From Anaerolineae bacterium (GTDB lineage: Bacteria > Chloroflexota > Anaerolineae > B4-G1 > DUEL01), in the NCBI GenBank assembly GCA_016931695.1, contig JAFGEI010000159.1, positions 18,608-82,607 of the forward strand: a stretch of DNA of 64,000 nt, in the 5' to 3' direction. Under the pieces are notes generated by a model. It was given only the letters and a program-made list of their open reading frames with translations. It searched no databases and was not told the origin of the DNA. Positions 1-8,357 of this stretch are shown piece after piece. Position 1 is the stretch's first letter. Every line of letters starts with the position of its first letter. Both the position numbers and the translations under genes were made by a program.

Positions 1-567
1 GGCGACCATCCGGCCCTGGTTGCTTACGTCGGCCTGCACGAGCCGCAGGAGGATTTCACCAGCGAGCAGCTGCGGGCCTTTTACCGCGGACTGAAAGAGA
101 TCGCCCCCCAGGTGCCGATTTTTCACTTTAACAACGATCTCTCCCGCTTTGAGCGCAGTTTGCGCTATCCTGGCCGGGATTTCAGCGACGACATCTGCGA
201 CATCTGCGCCGTCTTTTACTATCCCTTTCGCATCGAGAACGGGCAGACGGTCTTTGAGCGGCAGGAACTGTTGGCGGTCGTTTCCGCCAACGCCGAGCTG
301 GTCCACGCCCGCGACCCCGACGCCCAGTTCTGGTTCCTGGGCCAGGCCTTTGCCGACGCCGACAACCCCCACGCCTTTCGCGCGCCGGCGCCGGAGGAGA
401 TGCTGGAGCTGGCGCGGATGGTGCTGGATGTGCCGGGGGTCGACGGGTTCCTCTGGTACCCCTACCAGCACGGCGCCTACGATTTGGTCCTGAGCGATCC
501 CGAGATGGCCTCCCAGCGCCAGGCGGTCCGGGAGGCGTACGAGCGGTACGTGGAAAGGGCCCCCTGA
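1..567 (+). CDS. hypothetical protein, 5'-truncated at window edge
   Basis: Frame 1 is open from nt 1 (GDHPALVAYVGLHEPQEDF...) through the listed 112..567 ORF to TGA 565-567. Codon usage matches neighbours. No family motif recognised. Confidence 0.5.
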   Translation, partial: GDHPALVAYVGLHEPQEDFTSEQLRAFYRGLKEIAPQVPIFHFNNDLSRFERSLRYPGRDFSDDICDICAVFYYPFRIENGQTVFERQELLAVVSANAELVHARDPDAQFWFLGQAFADADNPHAFRAPAPEEMLELARMVLDVPGVDGFLWYPYQHGAYDLVLSDPEMASQRQAVREAYERYVERAP

Positions 568-589
568 TCGATTCCGAAGGAGAAGCGAC

Positions 590-3500
590 ATGAACCGAAA
601 CCAAACGCCTGTCAAGACGCGCTATGCCAGTCTGCGCCTTGGCATAGCGCTGATTGCCCCCCTGATGTTGCTGCTCGTGCTGGGGTATCTGCTCACGGCC
701 CGGATTGCGTGGGCAAGTCCGGACACGTACTATGTTTCACCGGCCGGTCACGACGGCAACGACTGCCGCTCGGTGGCCCAGGCCTGCCGCACGGTGCAGG
801 CTGCTATCGACAGGGCCGCCGCCAACGACGAGGTCTATGTGGCGCAGGGGGCCTACACCGACGACGTCGGAACCGTCGTCTGGCTCACCAAGAGCCTGCT
901 CCTCCAGGGGGGATGGAACCTCGGCTTTACCGAAAACGACCCCGTTCTCTACCCCACCCGGCTGGACGCCCGGCAGGGCGGTCCCGTCGTCGTCCTGAGC
1001 GGGACGGTGGGCGAGGCGCCCATCACGCCGACCGTCGCGGGGTTTATCATCAGCGGCGGCGATGGCACCGGCGTCTCCGGCTGCATCGGCCTGTCCAGCG
1101 CGCCGGCCGGCGGCTGTGGGGGCGGGATCTTTGGCCGCCATGTGGCCCCTCGAATCCTGAACAATGTCATCACCGGCAACGTCGCGACGCGCTCGGGGGT
1201 CGGCTACGGCGGGGGCATCTGCCTGGAGGCCGGGGGCGTGACGGGGGTGATCAGCGGCAACATCATTGTCGGCAACGTCGCTGCCATCTCCAGCACGGGG
1301 GAAGTCACCGGCTACGGCGGGGGGATCAACCTGCTCGGGGCCCCGGCCATCGTCCAGCACAACGAAATCGTGGGCAACGTGGCGGCGATGGGGGTCGGGT
1401 TTGGCGGGGGGATCGCGATCCACCGCTGCGCTGGCACGGTTCTTTCCAACACCGTCCAGGGCAACCGGGCGGGCTTTGCCCCTGCCGAGGCCGCGTTTGG
1501 GGCTGGTGGTGGGATTTACGTCTGGCAGTCACGGCCGCCGTTCTCTCCGCAATCGACGATTGGCGGGAACCAGCTGCGCGCCAACGTCGCCAGCATCGGG
1601 GGACAGGGAGCTGGCGGGGGCATCGTCCTGTTGAACGCGGAGGCAACCATCGACGGGAACTGGATCGTATCCAACACCTCTGCCATGAGCTCGACCCGGC
1701 AGGGAGATGGCGGGGGCATCTTTGCGACCGAAAACGTCACGGCAGTGATCGCGAATAACCACATTCTCGGCAATACCTCTTCCGGCAGCGGGCGGGGGTT
1801 TGGCGGCGGGATGCAGTTGGAGGACAGCCAAGTTACCGTCGTGGATAACCGGGTCGCCGGCAACGTCGCCAGCCGGGCGGCGAGCGCCAGCCTGGCCTTT
1901 GGCGGGGGCATCAATCTCCTCCGCTGCAGCGGCGTCGTACAGGGCAACCGGGTAGAGGGGAATGCTGCTGCAATCGACCCGGTTGTCTCCGGTTACGGCG
2001 GGGGGATCAGCGTCCGCCTCCATCCGGTGGACATTGAGGGGAACATTATCGTCGGCAATACGGCCACCCGCTGGGGCGGGGGAGTGCGGGTCGACCGCGC
2101 TACGCCGGTGCGCATCTCGAACAATGTCGTCGTCGATAACGCCGCCCTGGTGCAGGGGGATGGGATCCACGTCAGCGGCAGCGGCCTGTCTCTCGCCTCG
2201 GCCTTGATTTCTCACAACACCCTGGTGCACAACAGCGACGGCACGGTCGGCGAAGGGGTTTGTGCCAGCGGCTTTGCTGCCATCTCGATGACCAACAACA
2301 TTCTGGTCAGCCACACTGTCTCCCTGGTCAACGCTGGGACGCCGCCGACCACGACCTTTGTCGCCGATTCCAACCTGCTGGTTGCCGACGAGGAAACAGC
2401 GGTCGGGCCGGTGACGGTCACGCGCCCCCTCGTCGGCGCGCCTGCGTTCGTGGACCCGGGAAACGGCGACTATCACATCCAGCTCGATTCCGCCGCCCGC
2501 GATGCGGGCACCAGTAGTTGGGTCGACGCCGATGTCGACGGCGACCCTCGACCCTGCGGCGCGGCCCCCGACGCTGGCGTCGACGAGATCCGCCTCTGGG
2601 GGGCAGAACTGGGGCCGGACCGGGTCGGCCTCGCGCCGCCGGGCCAGACGCTTTTTTACCCGCACACGCTGACCAACACCGGCAATTATACCGATACCTT
2701 TTCCCTCGCCGCCGCCAGCAGCGAGGGCTGGACGGTGAGCGTCGAGCCGTCGTTGCCGGTCGTGCTGGGCCCTGGGTCGGAGCAGGCAGTGGCGGTGACG
2801 GTGACCATTCCCGGCGATGCGCTGAGCGATACCGTCGACACGACGGCGGTGACGGCGACCTCGCAATCGGATGGGGCGGCCTATGACGTCGTCTTGGACC
2901 GCACGACGGTGCAGCGGGTGGTCGGCGTCGAGTTTGCAGCGGACGCCAGCGACAGCGGGCTTCCCGGGTCGGACGTCGATTACGTCCACTTTCTGACCAA
3001 CACCGGCAACAGTACGGACACCTTTGACGTCACCCCGGTCAGCAGCCAGGGGTGGATTGTGACCATATCGCCGTCCCCTGTCGTCCAGGTAGGGCCTGGG
3101 GCGATGCAGGTGGTCACGGTGACGGTGGGTATCCCCGGCGACGCGCTCAGCGGCACGGTCGACAGCGCTGCCGTGACCGCGCTCTCCCGGGCCGACGGGA
3201 ATACGTCCGCCAGCCTGGTGGATACGACGGTTGTCAATTTGCTCCATGCGCCGCCGGACCTGGTCCCGCTGGAAGGTTTTTCAATTGCCGATCCTGGCTG
3301 TCTCGTCGTCTTTACCCATACCCTGTTCAACAACTCGAACGTGGTCGGGAGCTTTGCCCTCGCGGCCCGCTCTCCGCACGGATGGCCCATTGCGGTTTCC
3401 GCCGCTCCGCCCGTCCCTGCTTTTGGTGCGGCGACGGTGGCGCTGTCGGTCACAGTGCCGGGAGATGCCCCGGGGGGGCTCGGCGACACGACGGTGCTCA

Positions 3501-3910
3501 CCGCCAGCGGTGCGGGGGGAATCGCCGTGGCGCTGGATACCGTTCGGGTGCGGGGCGTGGCAGGGGTCTCGCTGGCCCCCGACCATGACGTCGACGCCGT
3601 GGTGGGGGAGACGGTCCGGCTGGCCCACACCCTTGCCAACCTGGGCAATATCACCGACACTTTTGCCGTTTTTGCCGCCAGCGACCGCGGCTGGCCGGTG
3701 GTCAGCCGTCCGGCCAGCGTAATCCTGCCGGCGGGTGGTGCAGCTACTGTCTGGGTGACTATCACCGTGCCGGGGAGCACTCTCGGCTTGACCGATACGA
3801 CCGTGGTCAGCGCCGCCTCGCAGGCGCAGCCGGACGTGGTCGATACGGCGCGGGATGTGGTGGCAGTTACGTTATGCCGGCTCTATCTGCCCTTGATGAG
3901 GAGGAATTGA
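590..3910 (+). CDS. secreted/cell-surface right-handed beta-helix repeat protein with four C-terminal ~105-aa tandem Ig-like repeats
   Basis: ATG 590 follows GAAGGAG. N-terminal TM/signal segment LGIALIAPLMLLLVLGYLL. Many N-x-(I/V)-x-G-N-x-A repeats (NNVITGNVA, GNIIVGNVAA, HNEIVGNVAA, NNHILGNTS, DNRVAGNVAS). Four repeats of LTNTGN.TDTF...GW.V.V...VTV.(I/V)PGDA between about 2620 and 3880. Confidence 0.75.
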   Translation: MNRNQTPVKTRYASLRLGIALIAPLMLLLVLGYLLTARIAWASPDTYYVSPAGHDGNDCRSVAQACRTVQAAIDRAAANDEVYVAQGAYTDDVGTVVWLTKSLLLQGGWNLGFTENDPVLYPTRLDARQGGPVVVLSGTVGEAPITPTVAGFIISGGDGTGVSGCIGLSSAPAGGCGGGIFGRHVAPRILNNVITGNVATRSGVGYGGGICLEAGGVTGVISGNIIVGNVAAISSTGEVTGYGGGINLLGAPAIVQHNEIVGNVAAMGVGFGGGIAIHRCAGTVLSNTVQGNRAGFAPAEAAFGAGGGIYVWQSRPPFSPQSTIGGNQLRANVASIGGQGAGGGIVLLNAEATIDGNWIVSNTSAMSSTRQGDGGGIFATENVTAVIANNHILGNTSSGSGRGFGGGMQLEDSQVTVVDNRVAGNVASRAASASLAFGGGINLLRCSGVVQGNRVEGNAAAIDPVVSGYGGGISVRLHPVDIEGNIIVGNTATRWGGGVRVDRATPVRISNNVVVDNAALVQGDGIHVSGSGLSLASALISHNTLVHNSDGTVGEGVCASGFAAISMTNNILVSHTVSLVNAGTPPTTTFVADSNLLVADEETAVGPVTVTRPLVGAPAFVDPGNGDYHIQLDSAARDAGTSSWVDADVDGDPRPCGAAPDAGVDEIRLWGAELGPDRVGLAPPGQTLFYPHTLTNTGNYTDTFSLAAASSEGWTVSVEPSLPVVLGPGSEQAVAVTVTIPGDALSDTVDTTAVTATSQSDGAAYDVVLDRTTVQRVVGVEFAADASDSGLPGSDVDYVHFLTNTGNSTDTFDVTPVSSQGWIVTISPSPVVQVGPGAMQVVTVTVGIPGDALSGTVDSAAVTALSRADGNTSASLVDTTVVNLLHAPPDLVPLEGFSIADPGCLVVFTHTLFNNSNVVGSFALAARSPHGWPIAVSAAPPVPAFGAATVALSVTVPGDAPGGLGDTTVLTASGAGGIAVALDTVRVRGVAGVSLAPDHDVDAVVGETVRLAHTLANLGNITDTFAVFAASDRGWPVVSRPASVILPAGGAATVWVTITVPGSTLGLTDTTVVSAASQAQPDVVDTARDVVAVTLCRLYLPLMRRN

Positions 3911-4113
3911 TGAAAGACCGACCGGGTTGTCTATCTGGCCTGCTCAAGCTGGCCTTTCTCAACTGGATTTTCGACTGGCTGCAGGAGCGATTTGGGTTTG
4001 GCCGCGGACTCTCCTGTACCGGCTGTGGCTGCGGCATGATCCTGTTGATCCTGTTTATCGTCCTTTCGTGCCTGGTCATCACCGGCACGAATTGGGCTCA
4101 ATTGGGGTTCTAG
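3910..4113 (+). CDS. small Cys-rich membrane protein (hypothetical)
   Basis: ATG 3910 overlaps the upstream TGA (ATGA). MKDRPGCLSGLL...CTGCGCGMILLILFIVLSCLVITG contains one hydrophobic helix. No homology recognised. Confidence 0.35.
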   Translation: MKDRPGCLSGLLKLAFLNWIFDWLQERFGFGRGLSCTGCGCGMILLILFIVLSCLVITGTNWAQLGF

Positions 4114-4144
4114 TTACTCGAACAAGTAGGGGAGGGGAGGCGGT

Positions 4145-4702
4145 TTGGCGCAGCGCTATGTCGTGGTTGGCACGTCTGGGTCGGGCAAGACCACCCTGGC
4201 GCGGGAAATTTCCGTCGCGCTAGATATACCCCACGTGGAACTGGATGCGCTCCATTGGGGGCCTGACTGGACGCCGGTTCCCTTTGACGTTTTTCGGGCG
4301 CGCACGGCGGAAGCGTTGTCGGGAGAAGCCTGGTCGGTCGACGGCAATTACAGCAAGGTGCGCGGCCTGGTCTGGGGCCGTGCCGACACGCTGGTCTGGC
4401 TCGATTATCCCTTGCCCATCGTCCTGGCGCGGGTGGTCCGGCGCACCGTCAGCCGCTCCCTGACCGGTGAAGAGCTGTGGAGCGGCAACCGCGAGTCATT
4501 GCGCCGGGCGCTCTTTGACCGGGATTCAATTCTTCTCTGGGTGCTGCAGACGTATTGGCGACGCCGGCAGGAGTATCCGATTTTGCTGGCTCAACCCGAG
4601 TACGTTCACTTGGGTGTCGTTTGTTTGCGCTCGCCCCGCGCGGCGCGGGCCTGGCTGGCGGGCTTGCGGCCGCCTCAGACCCAGCTACCGAACTCTTCCT
4701 GA
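4145..4702 (+). CDS. P-loop NTPase, adenylate-kinase-like / AAA family
   Basis: Walker A motif VVVGTSGSGKTTLAREI near the N-terminus. Size (~185 aa) fits small nucleotide-kinase-like proteins. TTG start, so the start is uncertain. Confidence 0.6.
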   Translation: MAQRYVVVGTSGSGKTTLAREISVALDIPHVELDALHWGPDWTPVPFDVFRARTAEALSGEAWSVDGNYSKVRGLVWGRADTLVWLDYPLPIVLARVVRRTVSRSLTGEELWSGNRESLRRALFDRDSILLWVLQTYWRRRQEYPILLAQPEYVHLGVVCLRSPRAARAWLAGLRPPQTQLPNSS

Positions 4703-5049
4703 ATGCCGTGTGCCTTTTGCAGCTCTTGAAACTCGGTCACTGCTGCCTTGTGTCTGCCATTGCAAGAGTTGACGTGAATCATCCCCCCCATCATGCGATA
4801 ACCAGCCACCCGGGTGCGGATTTGTTGCACGAGTGCATCCTCCTCCAGGCTTTCGACCATATTCAGCGGGATGACCACGCCCGTCCGTCGCCAGCCAGGC
4901 TGATTCATCTCTCCTCTCTCGGCCTCGATTATCAGGCTTGCCTTGCCTGACGCGGGGTGGACGGTCCATTTCTCTTGCGGTATCTTTTCCGACAGCACCT
5001 TTTGCAGCCATTCTGCCCGCGCCTGGAGCAGGGTCAGTTCTTCACTCAT
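4675..5049 (-). CDS. hypothetical protein
   Basis: 124-aa ORF convergent with 4145..4702, with balanced composition unlike the Arg/Pro-rich shadow ORFs. No motif recognised. Confidence 0.4.
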   Translation of the reverse strand: MSEELTLLQARAEWLQKVLSEKIPQEKWTVHPASGKASLIIEAERGEMNQPGWRRTGVVIPLNMVESLEEDALVQQIRTRVAGYRMMGGMIHVNSCNGRHKAAVTEFQELQKAHGIQEEFGSWV

Positions 5050-5064
5050 TTCCGAGCCTCCTTG

Positions 5065-5754
5065 CTATGCCTCCCTGACAATACCCGTCAATTCTTGTAG
5101 CTTGCAAATCTCGTAGCGGATGGTGATCCCGGGCTCCCGCGCTTTTCCCTTCGGGTTGAACCAACACGTATCGATCCCGTATTCACTGCCCCCGCGCATG
5201 TCCGAGGTCAGGCTGTCTCCCACGATCAGCACTTTTCCCTTCTCTGGATGTCCCATCTTTTCGAATGCTGCGTCAAAAATCCGGCCGTCCGGTTTTGACG
5301 CCCCAACTTCCTCCGAGATGACCACGGCGGCAAAGTATTGCTTGATGGTCGATTTTGCCAGCCGCGAGCGCTGTACCCTGGCCAGTCCATTGGTGATGAG
5401 CACCAAACCGACCGTTCCATGCAACGATCTCACCACCTCTTCTGCTCCTTCGAAGAGGTCGGCGACCCCACCCAGGTTCTTTAGATACTGCTCGCTGAAC
5501 CGGCCGGCATCCAATGTTGCGCCGACCGCCTCGAGCAGTTGTTCGAACCGCTGTACCTTCAGGCGCTCCTGGGCAATCTTGCCCTGTTCGAAATCTAGCC
5601 ACAGCTGCCCGTTGATTTGCCGGTAGACCTCGACGTACTGCTGTTGGAAGGGATGTCCCGACTCGGTAAAAGTTTGGGCCAGAGCTTTTGTCTCGGCTCG
5701 GTCGTAATCGAACAAGGTTCCATCGGCGTCGAGCAGCAGCCACTTGTACTTCAT
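5065..5754 (-). CDS. HAD-superfamily hydrolase (YjjG/5'-nucleotidase or haloacid-dehalogenase-like subfamily IA)
   Basis: HAD motif I LLLDADGTLFD, motif II LVLITNG and motif IV LIVGDSLTSDMRGG. I chose the start at MKYKWLLLDADG (5754) over the ORF-track start 5784. Confidence 0.75.
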   Translation of the reverse strand: MKYKWLLLDADGTLFDYDRAETKALAQTFTESGHPFQQQYVEVYRQINGQLWLDFEQGKIAQERLKVQRFEQLLEAVGATLDAGRFSEQYLKNLGGVADLFEGAEEVVRSLHGTVGLVLITNGLARVQRSRLAKSTIKQYFAAVVISEEVGASKPDGRIFDAAFEKMGHPEKGKVLIVGDSLTSDMRGGSEYGIDTCWFNPKGKAREPGITIRYEICKLQELTGIVREA

Positions 5755-5899
5755 CTCCAGTATTGTAGCAAATTTTGAGTGCAATGTCCAGCCCGTGGTG
5801 GGTGCATTGCAGTCTGGGGGCAGCTTAGCGAATGGACGGGAGTTATACTCCCGTCCATTCGCTGCGTATTTGCTACGAAATCCCTGGCCCCGGCGCTGC

Positions 5900-5928
5900 T
5901 TGACATGTGTAAAGAAATTTGGTATAAT
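5900..5928 (+). promoter_or_regulatory. consensus sigma70-type promoter (TTGACA-17nt-TATAAT with TG extended -10)
   Basis: TTGACA at 5900-5905, a 17-nt spacer ending in TGG, then TATAAT at 5923-5928. It sits in a locally AT-rich island ~245 nt upstream of rpmJ. Confidence 0.55.
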
Positions 5929-6082
5929 ATATCAAATCGATATATACGTAAATCGAGATATCTGTGCGGCGGGCTTTGACGGTCCGCGCCGTGGGGTTGT
6001 ATATAGGGCGATTTGCCCTTGGAGGTGCATGTAGGGAAGCTTTTTAACCCGATGTTCCACACAAACCCAATCTGATTTTATC

Positions 6083-6144
6083 AGACCCGGTTGTTGCCGC
6101 AGCGCGTCGCGTAGATGCAGGCCAACCGGGTCTGTTGTGTTGTT
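6083..6144 (+). terminator. terminator/attenuator-like hairpin in the rpmJ leader
   Basis: AGACCCGGTTG (6083-6093) pairs perfectly with CAACCGGGTCT (6123-6133), with further inner pairs, and is followed by GTTGTGTTGTT. A competing TCTGA-TTTTA-TCAGA hairpin at 6071-6085 overlaps the left arm. Confidence 0.35.
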
Positions 6145-6171
6145 ACGCAGAGTTGTCAAGGAGGTCGAGTC

Positions 6172-6285
6172 GTGAAAGTTACACCATCTGTGAAGCGGCG
6201 TTGTCCCAAGTGCAAGATCGTCAAGCGCAAAGGTACGGTCTATGTGATCTGCAAGAATCCCAAGCACAAGCAGCGACAAGGGTAA
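6172..6285 (+). CDS. rpmJ: 50S ribosomal protein L36 (bL36), Zn-ribbon form
   Basis: GTG start 8 nt after AAGGAGG. Translation [37 protein letters not shown] matches the L36 signature (C-x2-C...C-x4-H, KHKQRQG end). Below the ORF-track length cutoff. Confidence 0.9.
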   Translation: MKVTPSVKRRCPKCKIVKRKGTVYVICKNPKHKQRQG

Positions 6286-6310
6286 TTGCCAGATAAGAGG
6301 AGCGCGTAGA

Positions 6311-7438
6311 GTGAAAGGAATTGCACAACGAGAGAGCGAGGCGACGACGGATCGTCGTCGCCTGGCCATGTTGATTCGGAGCGAGTACGACTATGATCGC
6401 CCGCGACGCGATCAAGTGCGCGAGGCGGTTGTCCTGGCTGTGGGGGAAAAGGACCTGCTGGTTGACCTGGGGGCAAAACGCGATGGCTTTGTCCCTCCCC
6501 AAGACCTGGAACTGGTGGACGAGGCCTACCTGGCCGATTTGCAGGTGGGCGATCGAATACCGGTTGTGATTATGAAGGGACGTGGCCCTGAGGGAATCAG
6601 GGTTTCCCTCAATCTGGGCTTGAAGAAGCAAGACTGGCTGCGAGCCCAGGACTTTTTGGACAGCGGCGAGATCTGGGAGGGCAAAGTGACGGAATTGAAC
6701 CGCGGTGGAGTGATCGTCCCCTTTGGGCAGATCCGTGGTTTTGTCCCCAACTCCCACCTGACCTCAATCCCCAGGAACCTGAGAGGCAGCAAGCTGCACG
6801 ATGTGAAGGCCAGGCTGATGGGCAAAACGCTGTCGTTGCTCGTGATTGAGGTAGACCAGCGTCGGCGGCGTCTCATTCTATCCCAGCGCATGGCGAGCAA
6901 CCGCCTGCGCCAGCAACTGCTAAAGGAACTGCGGGAGGGCGACGTGCGAACCGGCGTTGTGGCCAGCATCGTCGATTTTGGCGCCTTTGTGGACCTCAAT
7001 GGTATGGACGGCCTGATCCACATCTCGGAATTGGACCATCAGCACGTCGATCATCCCAGCAAAGTGCTGAACGTAGGCGACGAAGTGGAGGTCTATGTGT
7101 TGAACATAGATCGGGAACGGAAACGCATTGGACTGAGCCGCAAACGGCTGATGCCTAATCCCTGGGATGTCGTGACCGAGGAGTTGAGCGTTGGCCAGGC
7201 TGTCGAAGGGAAAGTGGTGAGCGTCGTGGAATTCGGCGCCTTTGTGAACCTGGGCAAGGGGATCGAGGGTCTGGTCCACGTGTCGAACATGCCGTACGAG
7301 CAGTTCAGCCTCGTCGAGTTGGAGGTTGGGTCGCTCGTCGAGGTGCAGGTATTGTCGATCGATGACGATCGCCGGCAGATTGCGCTCAAGTTGCAAAAAA
7401 TCCTGGAGCCGGTGTCGTCCGAGCAGGCGCTGGCGTGA
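6311..7438 (+). CDS. S1 RNA-binding-domain protein (ribosomal protein S1-like, four S1 repeats)
   Basis: Four repeats of the S1/OB pattern (G..V.G.V......G..V..G....G..H.S). GTG 6311 follows AAGAGGAG. Shorter than a canonical six-domain RpsA. Confidence 0.8.
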   Translation: MKGIAQRESEATTDRRRLAMLIRSEYDYDRPRRDQVREAVVLAVGEKDLLVDLGAKRDGFVPPQDLELVDEAYLADLQVGDRIPVVIMKGRGPEGIRVSLNLGLKKQDWLRAQDFLDSGEIWEGKVTELNRGGVIVPFGQIRGFVPNSHLTSIPRNLRGSKLHDVKARLMGKTLSLLVIEVDQRRRRLILSQRMASNRLRQQLLKELREGDVRTGVVASIVDFGAFVDLNGMDGLIHISELDHQHVDHPSKVLNVGDEVEVYVLNIDRERKRIGLSRKRLMPNPWDVVTEELSVGQAVEGKVVSVVEFGAFVNLGKGIEGLVHVSNMPYEQFSLVELEVGSLVEVQVLSIDDDRRQIALKLQKILEPVSSEQALA

Positions 7439-7502
7439 AACTGTACAACCAGGTTGCGGCCATTCGCGGTCGATGAGTGATATCGGGCAAGGAGGTGAGG
7501 AC

Positions 7503-7604
7503 GTGGGATCAGATCGAAAATGGCGTAAAAGAAAGATGAAAAAGCACAAGCATCGCAAGAAGCTGAAAAGGACGCGCTGGGACCGGCGCAGGCAGAAAAA
7601 GTAG
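7503..7604 (+). CDS. small basic ribosomal protein bS22-like (AURKAIP1/COX24-domain type)
   Basis: GTG 7503 follows AAGGAGGTGAGG. The 33-aa product VGSDRKWRKRKMKKHKHRKKLKRTRWDRRRQKK resembles, from memory, mycobacterial bS22 (MGSVIKKRRKRM.KKKHRKLL..TR.QRR). It is hidden as the tail of a longer track ORF. Confidence 0.6.
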   Translation: MGSDRKWRKRKMKKHKHRKKLKRTRWDRRRQKK

Positions 7605-7666
7605 CATCTCGCAGCAGCAGTTGCAAAATCAGCGCAGCAGCGTCGGTGTTTTGAAAAAGGAGCAAG

Positions 7667-7894
7667 ATGATGGACGAACGAATACATGGAAAAATCAAGT
7701 GGTTCAACCATACCAAGCGGTATGGCTTCATCCAGCGCGATGACGGAAAACCGGATGCTTTTGTGCACCGGAACGACTTTCGCGATCAACAGGATATCTA
7801 TTGGCTAAACGAGGGAGACAGGGTGGATTTTGATGTCGTACAGGCAGCCAAGGGCCCCAGGGCTTCGGACGTCGTGGTGTTACCCGCTGCGTAA
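7667..7894 (+). CDS. cold-shock domain protein (CspA family)
   Basis: GKIKWFNHTKRYGFIQ (RNP1-like) and DAFVH (RNP2-like) motifs. About 75 aa. AAAGGAG RBS. Confidence 0.9.
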   Translation: MMDERIHGKIKWFNHTKRYGFIQRDDGKPDAFVHRNDFRDQQDIYWLNEGDRVDFDVVQAAKGPRASDVVVLPAA

Positions 7895-7905
7895 GGAGCA
7901 ATAAG

Positions 7906-8238
7906 GTGAGAGGACGGGAGGTAATCAAGCGCTACAAGGCGGGTGAGCGGGACTTTTCCCGCGTCAGCATGCACGCGGTTGACCTGGAAGGTGTCGACCT
8001 GCAAGGTGCGGATCTGAGCTGGGTCTTGTTACGACGGTCCAACTTGAGAGAAACAAATCTGGAGGGAGTCAACCTGATGGGGGGCGATCTGTTGGGGGCC
8101 GACTTGCACGAAGCGAATCTGAAGGAAGCCGACCTCCGTGGGGCAAACCTGTACGACGCAAACGTGACTACTGCACAACTTGCTCAGGCTGCGTCCATCA
8201 AGGGGGCGATCATGCCGGATGGTACGCGGCATGAGTAA
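7906..8238 (+). CDS. pentapeptide-repeat protein
   Basis: Continuous A(D/N)LxX pentads: DLQGADLSWVLLRRSNLRETNLEGVNLMGGDLLGADLHEANLKEADLRGANLYDANV. TAAGGAG RBS before GTG. Confidence 0.8.
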   Translation: MRGREVIKRYKAGERDFSRVSMHAVDLEGVDLQGADLSWVLLRRSNLRETNLEGVNLMGGDLLGADLHEANLKEADLRGANLYDANVTTAQLAQAASIKGAIMPDGTRHE

Positions 8239-8357
8239 CATGCGAGGCAATGCACTGTCGTGACGGCATCCTCCCCAGGCGCACGCTCATCCGGTAGAGT
8301 GCGGTCATCAGTACCCCTCCGACCAGCATCGCGGCAAAGTTGATCCAGGCGATCGCC

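Noticed and set aside
8239-8357. Possible short minus-strand ORF (MLVGGVLMTALYRMSVRLGRMPSRQ..., ~39 aa) downstream of the 8358..9854 gene.
   Set aside because: No RBS and no recognisable family, and it partly overlaps the end of the pentapeptide gene. It could be a gene remnant, but there is not enough support.
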